64,000 nt of DNA from Candidatus Uhrbacteria bacterium (GCA_023246355.1 JAHFIQ010000004.1:2697-66696), one strand, 5' to 3'. Counted from the stretch's first letter, positions 8,880 through 18,783 are shown. A program made the numbers and translations. The notes: generated by a model from the letters alone, not told the origin.

Positions 8880-9764
8880 ATGAGGGTCGAATATGTTGTG
8901 GTGAGCGTCCCCTCGTTGAAGGGGACGCCAAGTGAAGATGCCTATCTTGTGGATGGTGAGGGAGGTGGAAAACCTTTCTTCGCCGCGATTGCCGATGGGC
9001 ATGGCGAGGAGGTGGATGAACGAGGTGATCACTTTGAGAGATCTCAGACGGTTGCGAGATTTTCTGGTCGTCTGGTGGGCAGCCTTCACGAACGATTCGT
9101 GCAGTTCCCTGATCCAACATACCTTCCAGACATCTTCGATGTGACGGCACAGGACCTCGATGGAGAGTTTCGTGCACTCACAGAGCGTCAGCACCTGATT
9201 GCATCACTGCGCGTCGGAGCCGTGGCGAGTTGCGTTACGGTCGTGGATGGCAGAATCCATCTGGCACAGACAGGCGACTGCCGGTTCTATGCGGCTTCGG
9301 ATTCTCCTCGAGGATTCATTCAGCTCTCGCGCGACCATGACTGCAACCATCCGGATGAACTTGCCCGACTGCAGCCGATCCTGACACAGGGGAAGTTCGT
9401 GATCTGGCCGCCGTTTCTAGACGAGTCTTCTCCTCCCGTTACTCGCAAGAGGCGGCTGAGTTATTACGTGGGTGAGAACGTGGTGGCTGGAATCCTTCCC
9501 ACCAGAACCTTCGGTGATTGGCGCTACCACCCAGCCGTGATTCACACCCCTGAGGTGAACAGCTTCGAGCTTGCTGCTGTGCCAGAAGGAACGGTGTTTG
9601 CCCTGTGCTCAGACGGTGGGAACCGCTATGTCGAGCATGTGTTGGGGCCGGTGGCTGGGCATTCGCACGAGATTCCGCTTTCAGCTCTGGCAGAGGCCAC
9701 CAAGACACGAATTGATATTCCTGGTGACGATGTGACGATCATCTATTTCCGGGTGTATCATTGA
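8880..9764 (+). CDS. PP2C-family Ser/Thr protein phosphatase
   Basis: ADGHG, GDCRFY (GDSR-like), LSRDH, TRTFGD, CSDG motifs in canonical order; AAGGAG SD. Confidence 0.75.
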   Translation: MRVEYVVVSVPSLKGTPSEDAYLVDGEGGGKPFFAAIADGHGEEVDERGDHFERSQTVARFSGRLVGSLHERFVQFPDPTYLPDIFDVTAQDLDGEFRALTERQHLIASLRVGAVASCVTVVDGRIHLAQTGDCRFYAASDSPRGFIQLSRDHDCNHPDELARLQPILTQGKFVIWPPFLDESSPPVTRKRRLSYYVGENVVAGILPTRTFGDWRYHPAVIHTPEVNSFELAAVPEGTVFALCSDGGNRYVEHVLGPVAGHSHEIPLSALAEATKTRIDIPGDDVTIIYFRVYH

Positions 9765-9802
9765 GCGGCTCTCGTTTTTGATCCTTCCACGCAGGAGGTT
9801 TC

Positions 9803-10045
9803 ATGCCCTCACCCAGTTCCGTTCGTGATCAGAACATGACCACCCCTGTCTGGCTTGGCACAGTGGTTCTCGTGGTCTGCATGGCCATCGTTTTCCTTTC
9901 TGAACAGTTCCTTCCGGTCAACCAGACACATGGTGTGATCTTGGATACTCTGAGGAGCTTTGTGACGAATCCATGGGGCTACGCCAAGCCATTGCTTGTG
10001 AGCCTGTTTGCCTTTTGGATCGCCCTGCGCATCTCCAACTTCTGA
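9803..10045 (+). CDS. small membrane protein, unknown function
   Basis: 80 aa, two hydrophobic helices, AGGAGG SD. Confidence 0.4.
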   Translation: MPSPSSVRDQNMTTPVWLGTVVLVVCMAIVFLSEQFLPVNQTHGVILDTLRSFVTNPWGYAKPLLVSLFAFWIALRISNF

Positions 10046-10096
10046 GCCTCTCGGCTCACACGGTCCCTCCATCCGAGGGATTTTCTATTTCTGAGT

Positions 10097-10117
10097 TGGA
10101 AGCCTGGCTCCCAACTG
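10097..10117. promoter_or_regulatory. perfect hairpin/palindrome GTTGGAAGCCTGGCTCCCAAC, copy 1 of 2
   Basis: near-identical copy at 29135-29157; lies in the rplJ upstream region. Confidence 0.4.
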
Positions 10118-10126
10118 GATAAAAAT

Positions 10127-10155
10127 TTGACACAAAAAGCCTCGTTCGCTATCCT
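10127..10155 (+). promoter_or_regulatory. sigma70-like promoter (TTGACA-17-TATCCT) inside the rplJ leader region
   Basis: hexamers read directly; the 240 nt leader before rplJ may also hold an L10 autoregulatory structure (not verified). Confidence 0.35.
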
Positions 10156-10286
10156 AGGCCTCGAACTGAAGATTTGCCGTAGACAACGAGCTGGCTTGGC
10201 CATAAGTCTCGTCGAGGTAAAAGGTTTCGGCCTTTTTCTACTGCGGCGCAAGTCAGCAGTTTTTTATACCTAAAGGTCGAACAACT

Positions 10287-10805
10287 ATGCCAAAAACACG
10301 TGCTCAGAAAGAAGAAATTCTGGACGAGCTCTCGGAGAAACTTTCACGCATCAAGTCCGCCGTGTTCACCTCGGTCTCTGGGTACACCATGGACGACGCC
10401 AATGCCCTGCGACAAAAAGGTCGTACACAAGGTGTCGAACTGGTGGTTGCCAAGAAAACCCTTCTCACACGAGCCCTTGAGAAAAATGGCCTCCAGGTGA
10501 AAGAAGAGGATCTGACAGGAAGCATTCTCACCACGCTTGGATACCAAGACGAGATCGCTCCTTCAAAGCTCATGGCCGCATTCACAAAAGATCGTGAAGG
10601 CATGAAGGTCATCGGTGGAATTTTGGAGGGGGTCTTCGTGGGGTCAGAGGCCATCAAACAGCTGGCCACCTTGCCAAGTCGCGAAGAGCTTCTCTCAAAA
10701 CTCGTTGGCTCGCTCAATGCTCCTGCCTCAGGGTTTGTGAATGTCCTTGCTGGAAATTTGCGTGGCCTTGTCCAAGTGCTCAATGCTATTGGTGCAGTTA
10801 AATAA
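10287..10805 (+). CDS. rplJ: 50S ribosomal protein L10
   Basis: 172 aa with a typical L10 N-terminus and length, followed by L7/L12. Confidence 0.9.
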   Translation: MPKTRAQKEEILDELSEKLSRIKSAVFTSVSGYTMDDANALRQKGRTQGVELVVAKKTLLTRALEKNGLQVKEEDLTGSILTTLGYQDEIAPSKLMAAFTKDREGMKVIGGILEGVFVGSEAIKQLATLPSREELLSKLVGSLNAPASGFVNVLAGNLRGLVQVLNAIGAVK

Positions 10806-10814
10806 TTTAAAAAG

Positions 10815-10881
10815 AGTAGCAAGTATTTAGTAGCAGGTAGCAAGTATACATGCTACTTGATACTTGCTACTCACTTACTAC
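10815..10881. repeat. IVS-like inverted repeat (AGTAGCAAGTA family), short-loop copy between rplJ and rplL
   Basis: agtagcaagtatttagtagcaggtagcaagtata / tgctacttgatacttgctactcac. Confidence 0.7.
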
Positions 10882-10889
10882 GCTTCCCT

Positions 10890-11288
10890 ATGTCCGACGA
10901 AACACTCGAGGTTCCTGCCAAGTTTCAGGATCTCGTCTCCACGATTGAAAAAATGTCCGTGCTCGATCTTGCTGAACTCGTCAAAGTGCTTGAAAAGAAA
11001 TTTGGGGTGAGCGCAGCCGCTCCTGCCATGATGATGGCTGCTGGCCCTGCCGCCGGTGCTGCCGCCGCGGAAGAGAAAACCAGCTTCGATGTGGAGCTGA
11101 CGGCTGCCGGAGAGAACAAAATCAACGCCATCAAAGCTGTGCGTGCGATCACCGGGCTTGGCCTCAAAGAGGCAAAGGACTTGGTCGACGGCGCTCCCAA
11201 GATGGTGAAGGAAGGTGTCGATAAGGCCACGGCCGATGACATCAAGAAACAACTGGAAGAAGCTGGCGCCAAAGTGACAGTCAAGTAA
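10890..11288 (+). CDS. rplL: 50S ribosomal protein L7/L12
   Basis: MSDETLEV...Ala-rich hinge...[16 protein letters not shown]...EAGAKVTVK. Confidence 0.9.
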   Translation: MSDETLEVPAKFQDLVSTIEKMSVLDLAELVKVLEKKFGVSAAAPAMMMAAGPAAGAAAAEEKTSFDVELTAAGENKINAIKAVRAITGLGLKEAKDLVDGAPKMVKEGVDKATADDIKKQLEEAGAKVTVK

Positions 11289-11291
11289 AAA

Positions 11292-11330
11292 TAAAAATCC
11301 CGCCCTGAGAACGGACGGGATTTTTTTATT
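11292..11330. terminator. bidirectional rho-independent terminator
   Basis: ATCCCGCC-ctgagaa-CGGaCGGGAT with an A run upstream and TTTTTTT downstream; overlaps the stop of the convergent gene. Confidence 0.6.
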
Positions 11331-11703
11331 CACTCACACGCTTCAGAACCGCTCCTTCGATTTGGATCACATCTGGATCATCCGTTGTGACCACGGTCAT
11401 GTCATATTCTTTACTGCCATCGCTGAAGGTTTTTCTCACGGTCATGGATCCATCCAGGAAACGTTCCGTGATGGAGTACGTTCCATCTTCTTTGTAGTAT
11501 GAGTCCGTGGTGAGCGTGTAATGGCGATTTTCAAAGGTATACTCCATCCACCAAGGGTATTCATCCGCACTGGTCCCTTCGGCTCGCCAGGTGCCGGTGA
11601 GTTCGTCTGCGTAGATGTCGGTACTGTGGAGCTTTGGCCAGAGCAGCATGCCTCCTACAACGACAGCGGCGATGGTGAGAACGATCCAGTGATGTGCTTT
11701 CAT
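11326..11703 (-). CDS. membrane-anchored small secreted protein, unknown function
   Basis: 125 aa with an N-terminal TM/signal anchor. Confidence 0.45.
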   Translation of the reverse strand: MKAHHWIVLTIAAVVVGGMLLWPKLHSTDIYADELTGTWRAEGTSADEYPWWMEYTFENRHYTLTTDSYYKEDGTYSITERFLDGSMTVRKTFSDGSKEYDMTVVTTDDPDVIQIEGAVLKRVSE

Positions 11704-11705
11704 AC

Positions 11706-13949
11706 CTATTTGATGTGACTCGCGGCGATAGAATAAATTTTCGATCCTGCTAAAAGATAAATGGTATAGCCCTCTTCGTCAACCACGAAGTCCGTCAGGC
11801 TTGCAAAGGCGCCTGAGCGATATTGCACAACAAATTCGCCGCTCTCCTTTTCAAAGACGATCAGTCGATTCGTCGCAGGTTCCAGAATGTACAGGTAGTT
11901 GCTTTCTGGGCTTGTCCACATTTTCGTGGCGTTTGTGATCGCTGGATCCACGACACCCACATCCCAGCCTTCTTCGCTGCCACTGGCAAATCGAGTGATG
12001 TTCCCATTTTTCATGAGCACGTAGACATTCCCATCCACCGCGAGAGAGATCGCACTATCAAATGAAACCGTCCGCGAGGTGATCCAGTTAGATTCACCTG
12101 AGAACTTGGATCCGCTTCGATCAAATCTCAAAATTTGGCCTTCTTGTCCGCCGGTGCTTGGCCGAAGGACGTACAGACGACTGGCATAGGCTTCTAAATC
12201 CACCCACGTGTTTGAACCGGCTCCTGTGGCTTCAAGTGTGGCGTCCTCTGGAGAGACGAAGTACACGTTTCCGTCTTCACCCAAGAAGTACAAACGGCCC
12301 TCTTCTTCAGAGGCAGACAGGGCAGGAGACGCTTTGGCGTCGTCGCCGATGGTCACTTCAAAGCGCTTGGTCTCGCGGTTGAAGGTATAGATGCGGCCAT
12401 CGGAACCGAAGACGAAGAGTTGACCTTCGCGCTCAATCAAACTATTTCCGAACACACCATCACTCAGATTTGCCAGATCGCCTAGGAGGGGAGGATTGGG
12501 AATAGTGACCACATGTCGAATTTCATCCAGGGCGTTTTCCAGATCCGTGGTCAGGGCGGCCGCTTTGGAGGCACGTTCGGGTGTGTCTGTCGGCAGTTCT
12601 GAAATGAGGGTCTCAGCATTCATGTAGAGGCTTCGCGCTTGATCTTCGTCTTTGTAAATGACCGCTCCACCGGCTCTCTCCATCAGATCATCTATCGTTG
12701 TGAGGCGCTCCTGATACGTTTTTTCTTCGGCTGATCGTGCCTGAGACTGTGAGAGAAATGAAATCCCAACAACCAAGACAACCACCGCGACGCCGATTCC
12801 CAGCAGTAAAAATTTTGTGGCGCGAGGAATACGCTGTGTTCGACGGACTGCCTGTTTTATACGCTCCAGTCCTGTTTCCTTGCTGAGACGGATACGTTTT
12901 TTTAGGCGCGTCCGTTCTTGTTCGTTCGAGAGGGTTTTGATCGCCTGGGTGGTGTGTTTCCATGAACGTTTTCCGAGAAAAAACAGCACACGCCAGAGCA
13001 TGCGTCCTACTCGTTTGATGGCCACCAGGCTTGAGTCCCGCGCGTTCAAGTCTTGTAAGATGCGTGACTTGCTCTGGGTTCGATGTTTGATCCAGGCTAC
13101 GAGTGATTGAACGAGAGATGAGAGTTTTGGACGTTGATCCTCAAGGAGGTCATGGGTTTCAGATTCCATGCGTTGAAACTCATCGACCGACACGTCCGCC
13201 TTTGCCATGGCAGATCGAGCGTCCAAGGTCGAAACAGAGAGTTCTGGTCCACCCACTTTGACGACCGTCAGCAAGAGCCCATCTTTATGAGAAAAATACT
13301 GACGGATTTTTTCGACGGAACTCACTGGAGGGAGGGTGCAGAGAATTTGGTTGAGCTCCTCAGGGGGAATGGCTTGTTGGAGATCGCGATCGCAGACGCA
13401 GAAGACATCACCAGGATGCAGGTCGCCATCCAAGACCACGGCGAATGGCTTTTCCCAGGTTGGGAGAGACTGCTCGGTTTGGATGCCACGGAAGAGATTA
13501 AAAATTTGATAGCGCTGAGAAGGTTTTTTGTGGAGGAACAGTGCGGTGAGTTCTCCGGTTCCGGAGAGAAACATCTGACGAGAGGACGCAACACCCACCA
13601 GGGCATGAACGTGTTCAATCGGGAGGACAAAACGCCCATCACGAACATGGGAGGAAAGGGTTTCATTGAGTGCACCAAGGAATTGTTCAAAGCGGTGCTG
13701 AGGATTGGCTTCTTTTCCGAAGGAGTCAGCCAGGCGATGGATTTGGTCGTTCAAGACCTGGAGAAAAAGGTCAGAGTCTGCGTTTTCTTTTTTCGTGTAC
13801 GCCAGCATGAACACAAAACCTCCTCGATCTTGAACCGGGAGAAGGATGGAAACGCCACGGATATGCTCATCGGGTGACTCGGGCTCCCACTGAGCGGCTT
13901 TGATTTCGGTTGGCATACGATTTGCTCTGATTTCCAGCATTGTGTACAT
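11706..13949 (-). CDS. single-pass membrane protein: cytoplasmic N-domain (possibly degenerate PP2C-like), TM helix, extracellular beta-propeller-like repeats
   Basis: 747 aa; TM FLLLGIGVAVVVLVVGISFL mid-protein; C-terminal repeated DG(R/N)(I/V)Y(T/F/V) blades; N-domain has weak PP2C-like spacing (GGFVF ... SGTGEL ... VCDRDL). Confidence 0.55.
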   Translation of the reverse strand: MYTMLEIRANRMPTEIKAAQWEPESPDEHIRGVSILLPVQDRGGFVFMLAYTKKENADSDLFLQVLNDQIHRLADSFGKEANPQHRFEQFLGALNETLSSHVRDGRFVLPIEHVHALVGVASSRQMFLSGTGELTALFLHKKPSQRYQIFNLFRGIQTEQSLPTWEKPFAVVLDGDLHPGDVFCVCDRDLQQAIPPEELNQILCTLPPVSSVEKIRQYFSHKDGLLLTVVKVGGPELSVSTLDARSAMAKADVSVDEFQRMESETHDLLEDQRPKLSSLVQSLVAWIKHRTQSKSRILQDLNARDSSLVAIKRVGRMLWRVLFFLGKRSWKHTTQAIKTLSNEQERTRLKKRIRLSKETGLERIKQAVRRTQRIPRATKFLLLGIGVAVVVLVVGISFLSQSQARSAEEKTYQERLTTIDDLMERAGGAVIYKDEDQARSLYMNAETLISELPTDTPERASKAAALTTDLENALDEIRHVVTIPNPPLLGDLANLSDGVFGNSLIEREGQLFVFGSDGRIYTFNRETKRFEVTIGDDAKASPALSASEEEGRLYFLGEDGNVYFVSPEDATLEATGAGSNTWVDLEAYASRLYVLRPSTGGQEGQILRFDRSGSKFSGESNWITSRTVSFDSAISLAVDGNVYVLMKNGNITRFASGSEEGWDVGVVDPAITNATKMWTSPESNYLYILEPATNRLIVFEKESGEFVVQYRSGAFASLTDFVVDEEGYTIYLLAGSKIYSIAASHIK

Positions 13950-13986
13950 TATACCCGGATCGATTCAAGGCGCAAACTAGGCCATT

Positions 13987-14592
13987 ATGAACAAAAAACC
14001 GTTCAAGCTTGAACAGATGTTTGGTTCAAAAACGCGTGCCCATCTCTTGGCGCTTTTTCTTCAGCATTCAGAAGAATCGTTCTTTGTTCGGGAACTGACA
14101 CGACGTGTGAACGCACAGCTCAACTCGGTTCGTCGAGAACTGAAGAACTTGGTTGATCTGAATCTGATCGTTGAGAAAGTCGGTGCAGACAAACAATCAA
14201 AAAAACTTTCTGAGAAGAAAAAATACTACGCCGTGAATACGGATTTTATTCTTTATGAAGATTTGCGATCGCTCTTTCAGAAAGTCCAAATTCTTTTGAA
14301 ACAAAATCTTGTCCAAGAGATTCAAGAGAAAGGTCACATTGATTATTTTGCATTCACCGGACGATTCGTTGACGCTCCTGACATTCCCACAGATATTTTG
14401 ATTGTCGGCGCTATCAAGCAGGCAGACTTGGAAAAAATGATCAGCAAGTTTGAGTCGGAGATTCCCTACGAGATCAACTACACCCTCATGCCCAAGGATG
14501 AGTTTCTCGATCGCCGTCAGGTGGCGGATCGCTTCCTCTTTTCGGTATTGAATGGAGAGAAAGTTGTCATGATTGATCGTCTGAGCCATTAA
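13987..14592 (+). CDS. winged-helix DNA-binding protein
   Basis: N-terminal FVRELTRRVNAQLNSVRRELKNL helix-turn-helix; C-domain unassigned. Confidence 0.45.
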   Translation: MNKKPFKLEQMFGSKTRAHLLALFLQHSEESFFVRELTRRVNAQLNSVRRELKNLVDLNLIVEKVGADKQSKKLSEKKKYYAVNTDFILYEDLRSLFQKVQILLKQNLVQEIQEKGHIDYFAFTGRFVDAPDIPTDILIVGAIKQADLEKMISKFESEIPYEINYTLMPKDEFLDRRQVADRFLFSVLNGEKVVMIDRLSH

Positions 14593-14595
14593 TGT

Positions 14596-15000
14596 ATGGA
14601 ACTTGCGATCCTTGCTCAGAACATTGATTCTCTCAGTCTTGCGTTGGTGGTTCAAGGAAACATTCTGCATCAGAGGATGGTTTCTGGGTCACCTGAGCAG
14701 TACTTGAAGTTGATCGATGAGACACTTCATGAGTGGGGGACCGTGCTGAGCGAGCTCTCGGGCGTGTTTATTGTCACAGGTCCTGGATCGTTTACTTCCA
14801 GCCGAGTGAGCACCACCATCGCCAATACGTTGGCATTTGCCCTATCGATTCCTGTCACAGCTGTTGAAAATCCAGATCATCTTTCACTTGAGGAACTACT
14901 CAGATCCACAACGATAGACCGTGTCACAGCTCCTTTTGCTCTGCCTAGCTATAATCGTCCGGCGAATATTACTTACCCTAAGGCAGGGCCTGCATCGTGA
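14596..15000 (+). CDS. TsaB/YeaZ-like protein (short form)
   Basis: GPGSFTSSRVSTTIANTLAFALSIPV matches the TsaB N-terminal ASKHA motif; only 134 aa. Confidence 0.45.
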   Translation: MELAILAQNIDSLSLALVVQGNILHQRMVSGSPEQYLKLIDETLHEWGTVLSELSGVFIVTGPGSFTSSRVSTTIANTLAFALSIPVTAVENPDHLSLEELLRSTTIDRVTAPFALPSYNRPANITYPKAGPAS

Positions 15001-15095
15001 CAGGACCCGCCTCCATGGGGATAAACCGTTGGATGGGACTCCTTTTTAGGTGGTACAGTAGACTTAATTACTAATTCATCTTCAATTTTGCTTCT

Positions 15096-15776
15096 ATGCC
15101 TTTTTCCTACGAAGTGCTTCAGGGCCCGCTCCTTTCGCTCTGGAACACCATCATTGCCTACCTTCCAAATGTGGTCGGGGCGATTGTGGTGTTTCTCATT
15201 GGCCTCATTGTGGCTATGGTTTTACGCTCTGCGGTCGAAAAAATCGTTGCGCTGTTGCGCATTGATGAAATTGCCAAAAAACTTGAGCTGACCCATCAGT
15301 TTGAGCGTGTGGGATTGCGACTCCACATTGGTGGCTTGCTTGGCTGGATTGTGAAGTGGTTCTTCGTAATCATTGCGCTCATTGCCGCCACGGACGTGTT
15401 GGGTTGGGATCAAGTCACGGATTATTTGCAGCAGGTGGTCCTGTTCATTCCAAACGTTATCATTGCGGTGATCATTCTGCTCGCAGGAATCCTCTTGGGG
15501 AACTTTGTGCAGAACGTGGTGAAGTCAGCTGTGGAAGCCGCACAACTTGCCTCAGCAGAATTTCTCTCCGGCATTGCCAAGTGGTCGATTCTCATCTTTA
15601 GCTTCATGGCCGCGATGGTACAGTTGCAGATTGCCCCTGAACTGATCCGCGTTTTGTTCACGGGCCTGGTCGCGATGTTGGCTCTTGCTGGTGGTTTGGC
15701 CTTTGGCCTTGGTGGCAAGGAACACGCCCATCAATTCTTGAATCGGTTGAAGAAAGATATTTCATCAGAGAAATAA
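15096..15776 (+). CDS. membrane protein with repeated conserved TM helices (MscS-N-terminal-like)
   Basis: 226 aa, 4-5 TM helices with internally repeated helix pairs. Confidence 0.45.
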   Translation: MPFSYEVLQGPLLSLWNTIIAYLPNVVGAIVVFLIGLIVAMVLRSAVEKIVALLRIDEIAKKLELTHQFERVGLRLHIGGLLGWIVKWFFVIIALIAATDVLGWDQVTDYLQQVVLFIPNVIIAVIILLAGILLGNFVQNVVKSAVEAAQLASAEFLSGIAKWSILIFSFMAAMVQLQIAPELIRVLFTGLVAMLALAGGLAFGLGGKEHAHQFLNRLKKDISSEK

Positions 15777-17261
15777 ATGACAGATCAGTATCAGTACGGA
15801 CAATCGCGTTTTTGGGAAATGTTCCCCGGCCTGTTGGTTTGGGGGACATTTACGTTTGCGCTTCTCTTGTCTTTTTTGGCTCCTTTGTGGGTGATCGTGT
15901 TCATTCTCATTTTCGATTTGCTCTGGCTCTATCGCGTGTTGTACTTCAATATCTTTGTGCTGATTTCCTGGAAACGGCACCGAGACACCGCGAGCATTGA
16001 CTGGCAGGCAAAGCTCGCAGAGCTGCCGCAGGCAAAGGACATGATCCATCTGGTTTTTTTGCCAACGTACAAAGAAGGCTATCCGATTATTCAGGAGACC
16101 CTTCGTTCACTGCGGGAGAATCGTTTTCCCAACAAACAACTCATGATTGTCTTAGGTGGAGAAGAGGGTGATGCTGAGGCATTTGCCCGACATGCTCTTC
16201 GTGCCAAAAAAGAATTCGGCAACGTGTTTAAGGAATTGATCGTGACGGTTCATCCAAAAGGTTTGGTCGGAGAAATTCCTGGGAAGGGATCGAATTTGAA
16301 TTGGATGGGACATCAGGTGGAAACGTTTTTGCAGACCAACTATCCAGATCTCAAGGACGAAGAGGTCATCGTCTCGTCGTTTGATATCGACACGATTGCG
16401 CACCCACAGTATTTCTCCTACCTCACCTATCTGTACTGCACGACTCAGAGTCCAACACGTTCCTCCTACCAACCCATCGCGTTGTTTTCCAACAACATTT
16501 GGAGAGCCTCAGCGCCTGTGAGGATCGCCGCGTTTGGCACGACCTTCTGGTTGTTCGGTGAGCTCACACGTCCAGACCGTCTGTGGACCTTCTCCTCTCA
16601 CTCCATGCCGTGGAAGATGTTGCGCGATGTCCGGTTTTGGCAGAAAGATATTGTGAGTGAAGACTCACGCATTTTCATGCAAGCGTTTTTGCACTATCAC
16701 GGCGACTACCGCGTAACACCATTGTTTTTGCCCGTGTCCATGGACGCGGTCAGTGGAAAAAATTATTGGGAGTCGCTCAAAGGTCTCTATGTCCAGATGC
16801 GTCGCTGGGCCTGGGGCGTGGAGCATCTTCCGTATTTGGTGCATGGATTTAGAAAGGACAAACAAATTCCGCGCTGGAAAAAGGTGAAGTATTTTTTCAA
16901 TCACGTCGAAGGGATGTACACGTGGGCCACAGCTCCTATAACGATGTTTGTTCTGGGCTGGCTGCCTCTGTGGGTTGCCAAGGGGGAGACGAATGCGCTC
17001 ATTCAGGCCGCGCCGTTTACCCTGGAGCAAATCATGCAATGGGCTATGATCGGTGTGTTTATTTCAGCCGTGATGTCCCTGACGTTGCTTCCACGCAGGC
17101 CTCAGGAGGTGAGGTCTCATGCCTGGATCGTGATGTTGTTCCAGTGGATTCTCTTGCCTGTCACCTTTATTCTGTTTGGCTCCTTTCCTGCGATCGACGC
17201 CCAGACGAGATTGATGCTGGGAAAGTATCTTGGATTTCATGTGACAAAAAAAGCTCGCTGA
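15777..17261 (+). CDS. processive family-2 glycosyltransferase (membrane-embedded, QxxRW type)
   Basis: PTYKE (UDP site), FDIDT (DxD), SEDSRI (TED) and QMRRWAWG (QxxRW) in canonical order with flanking TM helices. Confidence 0.75.
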   Translation: MTDQYQYGQSRFWEMFPGLLVWGTFTFALLLSFLAPLWVIVFILIFDLLWLYRVLYFNIFVLISWKRHRDTASIDWQAKLAELPQAKDMIHLVFLPTYKEGYPIIQETLRSLRENRFPNKQLMIVLGGEEGDAEAFARHALRAKKEFGNVFKELIVTVHPKGLVGEIPGKGSNLNWMGHQVETFLQTNYPDLKDEEVIVSSFDIDTIAHPQYFSYLTYLYCTTQSPTRSSYQPIALFSNNIWRASAPVRIAAFGTTFWLFGELTRPDRLWTFSSHSMPWKMLRDVRFWQKDIVSEDSRIFMQAFLHYHGDYRVTPLFLPVSMDAVSGKNYWESLKGLYVQMRRWAWGVEHLPYLVHGFRKDKQIPRWKKVKYFFNHVEGMYTWATAPITMFVLGWLPLWVAKGETNALIQAAPFTLEQIMQWAMIGVFISAVMSLTLLPRRPQEVRSHAWIVMLFQWILLPVTFILFGSFPAIDAQTRLMLGKYLGFHVTKKAR

Positions 17262-17269
17262 TTGTGTGA

Positions 17270-17440
17270 TTTCCAAAGTAAGGCGCTGTTGAAAAACCGT
17301 CACGGAAGGCCGCACGACTCATTCGATAGGTTAGAAGCATTTTTCTTGCGGCCTGAGTGACGAGGGGCGCCGAGCTCGACCGTTGGGAATAAGCTAAGGT
17401 GGGCGACCCCGTGTTTTGAAACAGCGCCTTGCTTTGGAAA
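17270..17440. other. ~170 bp element bounded by 23-25 bp inverted repeats enclosing two internal hairpins (MITE-like or structured RNA)
   Basis: gatttccaaagtaaggcgctgtt ... aacagcgccttgctttggaaatc; internal CGTCAC/GTGACG plus GGCCGCA/TGCGGCC hairpin and GGGGCGCC/GGCGACCCC hairpin followed by a T run; sits between convergent genes. Confidence 0.35.
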
Positions 17441-18154
17441 TCATCTAGTTTCCTTGAGCACAATCCTTTTTTCAAATCCTCCGCGTTCCTCGCGTTTTTT
17501 TGTTTGGATGAGCTGGAGCTGTTCGCGTGGCACTTTCTGCAGAGCCGTCAGGCTGTGAACGACTTCCAGGATGTCTGCCAGTTCTTCCGTGTCTCCACTC
17601 TCAAGATATTCGAGGACCTCCTCAGCAAGTTTTGCGCGAAGACGTTCTCCGTACTCTTGTAGGTCGGCCGTGTAGAAGTTGGCATGACCTGCTTGTGACT
17701 CAATGATTTCAATGATCTTGTCACGCACCAGTTTATCGTGGAAGACGGCAAGTGGATGATAGCCCTGGGCAAGATGACTTTGGACAGGAGCAAACAAGGG
17801 AGAGGGAAGGGATTCCCACTCAAACCATTCCCAGCCTGAACACTTTTCTGGTTCACAGTTTCGTGCTTCACCCGAGCTCCAGTCAGCACGCATCCAGATG
17901 GTCACATAGTGAGTGCTCCAGTCTGGCTGGTGGTTGTCAACGACGCCACCGAAACGGATATTTTGGATTTCAATCCCAGCTTCTTCCATTGTTTCTCGCC
18001 GTACGCATTGTTCCCAGGTTTCTCCAAATTCTAAATGTCCACCAGGCGGACACCAACTGTGCGCTCCGTGAGCACCCAGACGTTTGCCAAGCAGAACCTT
18101 GCCGTCTTTGACGATCCAGACACCGGTCCCAACTTTTGGTCGTTCAGGATTCAT
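17441..18154 (-). CDS. NUDIX hydrolase fused to MazG/HisE-like NTP pyrophosphohydrolase domain
   Basis: Nudix box [24 protein letters not shown]; C-terminal helical [22 protein letters not shown] pattern typical of MazG/HisE. Confidence 0.65.
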   Translation of the reverse strand: MNPERPKVGTGVWIVKDGKVLLGKRLGAHGAHSWCPPGGHLEFGETWEQCVRRETMEEAGIEIQNIRFGGVVDNHQPDWSTHYVTIWMRADWSSGEARNCEPEKCSGWEWFEWESLPSPLFAPVQSHLAQGYHPLAVFHDKLVRDKIIEIIESQAGHANFYTADLQEYGERLRAKLAEEVLEYLESGDTEELADILEVVHSLTALQKVPREQLQLIQTKKREERGGFEKRIVLKETR

Positions 18155-18783
18155 ACAGAGACAATAGAAAGAAGGTCTAAGAGATTCGTAAATAAATGAT
18201 CTGGTCGTTCAGACGCAAGAGCTTCTCGTGTGTGGTAGCCGGTTGCAACTCCTGCGGTCACGAGTCCGGCTTCCCGCGCTGAGGTGATATCGTGCGTCGT
18301 GTCTCCCACATAGAGGCTTCTGGCTCGATCGACGTTCAGAATCTGGCAGACGTCCTTCAGAGCGGAAATTTTATTGCGTGCGTCGCCGTGCAGGATTTCA
18401 AAAAACGGCGCGAGTAGATAGTCCTGTGCCTCTTGTTTCAAAAACACGGTTGGATGTGAACTCACGACGGCCGTGGGGATACCTGCCTTTTTGATCTGCA
18501 CAAGAACCTCGTGAGCGTCAGGATACACCTGGGGTCGTACGCCAACCTCGAGTGATTGTTGAAAGTAGGTTCGATAGAGCGCGTAGATCTCATCGCCAGA
18601 ATCTGTGACGCCCTGTTCTCGATAAAACTCGATCGGCGTCATCCTGGTCGTTTGAAAGAATTCCTCGAACGTATTGTTCGCGAGGCCATAGTGCGCCCGC
18701 AGGCCTTTGTTGGCTTCATACACGGGCCGTCGGTCATCGCTGAGCGTCCCGGACCAGTCGAAAATAACGGCATCGAATTTCAT
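18151..18783 (-). CDS. HAD-superfamily hydrolase (phosphatase)
   Basis: motif I FDWSGTL, motif [10 protein letters not shown]. Confidence 0.75.
   Translation of the reverse strand: MKFDAVIFDWSGTLSDDRRPVYEANKGLRAHYGLANNTFEEFFQTTRMTPIEFYREQGVTDSGDEIYALYRTYFQQSLEVGVRPQVYPDAHEVLVQIKKAGIPTAVVSSHPTVFLKQEAQDYLLAPFFEILHGDARNKISALKDVCQILNVDRARSLYVGDTTHDITSAREAGLVTAGVATGYHTREALASERPDHLFTNLLDLLSIVSV

Noticed and set aside
10046-10286. Confident annotation of an L10 leader autoregulatory RNA
   Set aside because: The position is right, but I cannot verify the conserved L10-binding kink-turn fold by eye. It is listed only as a low-confidence regulatory feature.
10300-10843. ORFs overlapping rplJ on other frames or the opposite strand
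   Set aside because: These are shadow ORFs of a highly conserved ribosomal protein gene.
17270-17440. SRP (4.5S) RNA assignment for the TIR-bounded element
   Set aside because: It contains GGAAGG, but the flanking conserved helix-8 sequence (AAGCAGC and symmetric loop partners) is absent.
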